Positions 5,587 through 8,140 of a stretch of 8,140 bases of DNA are shown one piece after another (within the stretch, counting starts at the first letter, position 1; the number at the start of each line of letters is the position of its first letter). The stretch lies in assembly GCA_004284765.1 (NCBI GenBank), contig NQJD01000065.1:1-8140 (forward strand), written 5' to 3'. The stretch comes from Candidatus Electronema aureum. Lineage in GTDB: Bacteria; Desulfobacterota; Desulfobulbia; Desulfobulbales; Desulfobulbaceae. Under the pieces are notes generated by a model that was not told the DNA's origin, ran no database searches, and saw only the letters and a program-made list of their open reading frames with translations. Position numbers and translations under genes: made by a program.

Positions 5587-5597
5587 TGCAATTCAGC

Positions 5598-5614
5598 CTT
5601 ATTAGCATAATAAG
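5598..5614. promoter_or_regulatory. AT-rich perfect palindrome in the 43-bp spacer upstream of the HNH-fusion gene; possible operator or RBS-occluding hairpin
   Basis: cttatta-gca-taataag has 7-bp arms and a 3-bp centre. On the minus strand its 3' arm runs into the AAGG that is the only SD-like element before the ATG at 5586. -10-like TATGCT/TAATAA strings overlap it. Confidence 0.3.
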
Positions 5615-5629
5615 AATATTGCGCCGCAA

Positions 5630-5878
5630 CTATTTATCCTTAGAATTTCCTTCCCCATCCACCTTAAACCCGCTTGCCCACGAGATCAGCAGCGCAGCCA
5701 AGGTTAAATCATCCATCACCCCGATGATTGGCAGCCATTCAGGGATAATATCCCACGGCGAAACGATGTAGAGCAGACCAAACCCCAAGATCAGCTTGAC
5801 ATAACGCGGGGTTTCCTTGGCCCGAAAGACATGCCAAGCATGTCTTGTCATGCTAATGGCACGAGTAAGTGGATTCAT
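5630..5878 (-). CDS. Small membrane protein of the DUF1232 / YkvA family
   Basis: 82 aa with the family signature LLYIVSPWDIIPEWLPIIGVMDDLTLAALL (consensus Y-x-x-SP-x-D-x-IPD-x-x-P-x-x-G-x-x-DD). Its ATG (5876-5878) directly abuts the TGA of the upstream fabI-like gene (TGAATG), implying co-translation with the fab-like operon. Confidence 0.85.
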   Translation of the reverse strand: MNPLTRAISMTRHAWHVFRAKETPRYVKLILGFGLLYIVSPWDIIPEWLPIIGVMDDLTLAALLISWASGFKVDGEGNSKDK

Positions 5879-6679
5879 TCAGCGCACCGCCTTGCTGATA
5901 ATGTCTTTGTCGAAATAGTTGAAGCTCATGCCTGCGTCAACAACAATGGTCTGGCCGTTGATGCCGGAAGAGCGCGGCGAGAGCAGAAAGGCGGCTGCAT
6001 CAGCGACTTCTTCGGTGCGCAACGCCTGCTTGCGGGGAATGGCCTGCTCGGCGAAGATGTAGGAGTCAATGTAGCCGGGAATGCCCGCCGAGGCCGAGGT
6101 TTTCAGTAGGCTGGCCCCGACCGCGTTGAAGCGCACCCGTGAGAAGGCGGAGAAGGACTTGGCGAGAAAGCAGAGCGAGGAATCCAAGGCTGCTTTGACC
6201 GGGGCCATGTAGCCGTAGTTCTCTGAGGCCATGCGGGTGGTGGAAATGGAGATCGTCACCATCGCGCCGTCGGGATCAAGCAGTTCTTTGAAGTGATTAG
6301 CAATGGCGATGAAGGAAAAACAGGAGATGTCTATCGCTTGCAGGAAGTCGCGCTTCACAGTGCCGTGAAAGGGCTGCATTCCTTCGGAGTAATTGGCAAA
6401 GGCGATGGAATGGACAATGCCCGCAATCGGCCCGACGACTTGGGCAGCGATTTCGTCTCGCACCCTGATGATGTTTGCTTCGTTTTCCACATCGCAGCAG
6501 AAAACCGGGCTGGCCGGAAAGAGCTTGCGGCAGGTTGCGGCCCGCTCCTCGCTGCGCACGACATGAATCACTTCGGCTCCGGCTTCAAACAGTGCCTTGC
6601 CGACAGCGCAGGCCACCGACTTCTTGTTTGCCAAGCCGAAGATGACGACCTTCTTGCCTGCCAGCTTGAGAAAATCCAT
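5879..6679 (-). CDS. Enoyl-ACP reductase, FabI-like SDR (266 aa from the preferred start)
   Basis: Aligns by eye with E. coli FabI: [30 protein letters not shown] / [39 protein letters not shown] / CDVAEDASI; GIVHSIAFA / GFVHSIGFA. The catalytic Y-x6-K is present (NYGYMAPVK). The preferred start is the ATG at 6679, with AAGGAGG 6 nt upstream, overlapping the upstream TAA as TAATG. The 28-codon Arg-rich extension back to 6763 looks spurious. Confidence 0.85.
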   Translation of the reverse strand: MDFLKLAGKKVVIFGLANKKSVACAVGKALFEAGAEVIHVVRSEERAATCRKLFPASPVFCCDVENEANIIRVRDEIAAQVVGPIAGIVHSIAFANYSEGMQPFHGTVKRDFLQAIDISCFSFIAIANHFKELLDPDGAMVTISISTTRMASENYGYMAPVKAALDSSLCFLAKSFSAFSRVRFNAVGASLLKTSASAGIPGYIDSYIFAEQAIPRKQALRTEEVADAAAFLLSPRSSGINGQTIVVDAGMSFNYFDKDIISKAVR

Positions 6680-7113
6680 TACTCGCCTCCTTTTAAGGCG
6701 CAGGCGAATTCCACCTGCACGGCAATCTTGCCGCCGACCTGCACACCGCCTTTGAGAAACCAAGCCGGGCCGACCTGCTCTTTCAAGGCCGCTGTGATTT
6801 CAATCAAATCGCCGGGCCGCACCTCGCGCTTGAACTTTGCGCCAAGAATGCGGGTCAACACCGGTACGCCCTGCAAATCCTGCTTGCCGCGCAGCGTTTC
6901 GGCAATCAGCAAGGCTCCAGCCTGAAAGACCGCCTCGCAGAGCAACACGCCCGGCATGATCGGATAGTCAGGATAATGCCCTTTGAAGACATCCAACTCC
7001 GCCGATACGGTTGTTTCTGCCCGGATTGCGCTCTCGGTCAACTCCAGCACCCGGTCAAGCCAAAGAAACGGGGGCCGGTGCGGAATCCGGGCGGTAATAA
7101 ACTCTCTGTCCAT
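6679..7113 (-). CDS. 3-hydroxyacyl-ACP dehydratase, FabZ/FabA-like hotdog fold
   Basis: 144-145 aa. [11 protein letters not shown] ... [27 protein letters not shown] matches the FabZ active-site block (H-F-P-x-x-P-x-x-PGVL ... E). The ATG at 7113 has GGAGGG 5 nt upstream and overlaps the fabG-like TGA as TGATG. A GTG at 7116 is an alternative start. Confidence 0.85.
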   Translation of the reverse strand: MDREFITARIPHRPPFLWLDRVLELTESAIRAETTVSAELDVFKGHYPDYPIMPGVLLCEAVFQAGALLIAETLRGKQDLQGVPVLTRILGAKFKREVRPGDLIEITAALKEQVGPAWFLKGGVQVGGKIAVQVEFACALKGGE

Positions 7114-7883
7114 CACAACCCTCCGGTCACTTCCAGCACCGAGCCGTTGATATAAGCCGCCCGCTTGTCAGCGAGAAACAGCACCGCGTCCGCCACTTCT
7201 TCCGGTGTGCCAAAACGGCCCGCAGGCACCAGTTTCTTGTAGTCCTTCATCTGCTCTTCGGAGAGATCGCCGATGAATTCCGTGCCGATGAAGCCGGGCG
7301 AGACGCAGTTGACCGTGATCTTCCGCTTCGCCACCTCTTTGGAAAGCGATTTCATCAGCCCGACCTGTCCGGCCTTGGAAGCGGCGTAATTGGCCTGCCC
7401 GGCAAAACCGAGATGGCCCATCGGCGAGGTGATGAAGATGATGCGACCGTATTTCTGCTTCAGCATCAGCGGCAGGGCGAAGCGGCACATGTTATAGCCG
7501 CCGGTGAGGTTGACATCCAAGACGCGCTGCCAGTCCTCCTGCCGCATCATGGCTAAGACTGCGTCGCGGCGGATGCCCGCGTTGTTGACGAGGATATCAA
7601 TGGTGTCGAATTGCTCTTCGGTCTCGCGGCAGAAGACTTGCACGGCCTTGCAGTCGCTGACATCCACCTTGTGCAGACGCAGACGCTCGCCCGCTTCAGG
7701 ATGCGCGGCGGCAAAGGCGGAGGCTGCGGCCTCATCGCCGCTGTACAGGCCAAGTACGGTTGCTCCTTGGGCCAGCAGAGCCTCAGTAATTGCTTTGCCT
7801 ATGCCTTTGGTCGCGCCGGTAACAATGGCTTTTTGATTGGTGAAGGTGTTCAAAGGTGATTCTCGCGGTTGTTTTTTCAGCAA
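7113..7883 (-). CDS. 3-oxoacyl-ACP reductase, FabG-like classical SDR
   Basis: Rossmann motif AIVTGATKGIGKAI, NNAG, and the catalytic S...YAASK triad. Length is typical for the family. The start is uncertain. There is no ATG upstream of the Rossmann motif. The ORF opens with TTG at 7883 directly after an in-frame TAA, and another TTG lies at 7853. Neither has a convincing SD. Confidence 0.82.
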   Translation of the reverse strand: MLKKQPRESPLNTFTNQKAIVTGATKGIGKAITEALLAQGATVLGLYSGDEAAASAFAAAHPEAGERLRLHKVDVSDCKAVQVFCRETEEQFDTIDILVNNAGIRRDAVLAMMRQEDWQRVLDVNLTGGYNMCRFALPLMLKQKYGRIIFITSPMGHLGFAGQANYAASKAGQVGLMKSLSKEVAKRKITVNCVSPGFIGTEFIGDLSEEQMKDYKKLVPAGRFGTPEEVADAVLFLADKRAAYINGSVLEVTGGL

Positions 7884-8140
7884 TTAGTTATTGAGCAACT
7901 GCTTGAGCTGCTTCAGAAGTGCTGGAATGTCTTTTTCAATAGCATCCCATACGATTTCATTTTCGACAACATCATAACCGTGGGCAATCACGTTTCTGAA
8001 GCCGATAATCTGCTAATAGAGATCTGTGAGTGATCAATGAAATAAAATACAATCGTTGTAGTGATTAATAAATCTCCAAACAGATGCAGTTAAGTTTTCA
8101 ATGCTTCTCGAAAACGAAAATGTCTTCCTGACTAATGCCG
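7884..8140 (-). pseudogene. HEPN-domain toxin remnant (DUF86 / HepT-like), disrupted by in-frame stops
   Basis: The minus frame ending at TAA 7884-7886 reads QIIGFRNVIAHGYDVVENEIVWDAIEKDIPALLKQLKQLLNN (7887-8012). This carries the HEPN R-x4-H motif (RNVIAH) and the usual DUF86 C-terminal helix. Immediately upstream in the same frame are TAG (8013-8015, where the family often has Trp) and TGA (8034-8036). Further upstream the frame reads ...RSIENLTASVWRFINHYND, only vaguely HepT-like. The 5' end is outside the window. Confidence 0.55.

Noticed and set aside
6680-6763. 28-codon N-terminal extension of the FabI-like ORF ([28 protein letters not shown])
   Set aside because: The extension lies entirely inside the fabZ-like coding region and is Arg-rich nonsense. 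The internal ATG at 6679 has a strong AAGGAGG, gives a FabI-length protein starting just before the Rossmann motif, and forms a TAATG coupling junction.
6293-6925. 210-aa plus-strand ORF, together with the smaller plus-strand ORFs at 441-779, 792-1193, 857-1144, 1175-1444, 1880-2086, 7504-7836 and 7611-7859
   Set aside because: All are antisense shadows of confidently identified minus-strand genes (fabI/fabZ-like, pstA, pstC, fabG-like). Their compositions are typical of non-coding frames.
1-8140. Scan for tRNA, rRNA, tmRNA or integrase-associated att sites flanking the low-GC island
   Set aside because: I found no cloverleaf-compatible segments, conserved rRNA blocks or integrase/recombinase ORFs. 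The only flanking repeats are the diverged DUF1232 copies.

Overview
This 8.1-kb window comes from a moderately GC-rich chromosome, with spot counts of about 55-63% GC in the housekeeping genes. Every gene except one is on the minus strand. In minus-strand transcription order the window contains: (1) a decayed HEPN/DUF86 (HepT-like) toxin remnant. (2) A translationally coupled fatty-acid-type reductive trio: FabG-like ketoreductase, FabZ-like hotdog dehydratase and FabI-like enoyl reductase. (3) A small DUF1232/YkvA-type membrane protein that abuts the fabI-like stop codon. (4) A roughly 1.7-kb low-GC insertion with one 532-aa ORF, made of an N-terminal HNH/zinc-ribbon nuclease-like module and about 360 aa I cannot assign to any family. 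(5) A degraded second copy of the DUF1232 gene. (6) A phosphate-uptake operon in the order pstS, an unannotated 84-aa ORF, pstC, pstA, with structured repeat-rich spacers and no pstB or phoU. (7) The 3' end of an IS630-family transposase, convergent on the plus strand. The best candidate for something new is the HNH-fusion gene at 3988-5586. It is compositionally foreign and internally mosaic (about 45-55% GC in the HNH part, about 23% in the C-terminal part). It is bracketed by two diverged copies of the same host gene and sits among other mobile or conflict debris (IS630, HepT remnant). That context fits a single-gene defence or conflict island, but I cannot run homology or structure searches, so the function is inference. 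All domain calls come from motif recognition by eye.
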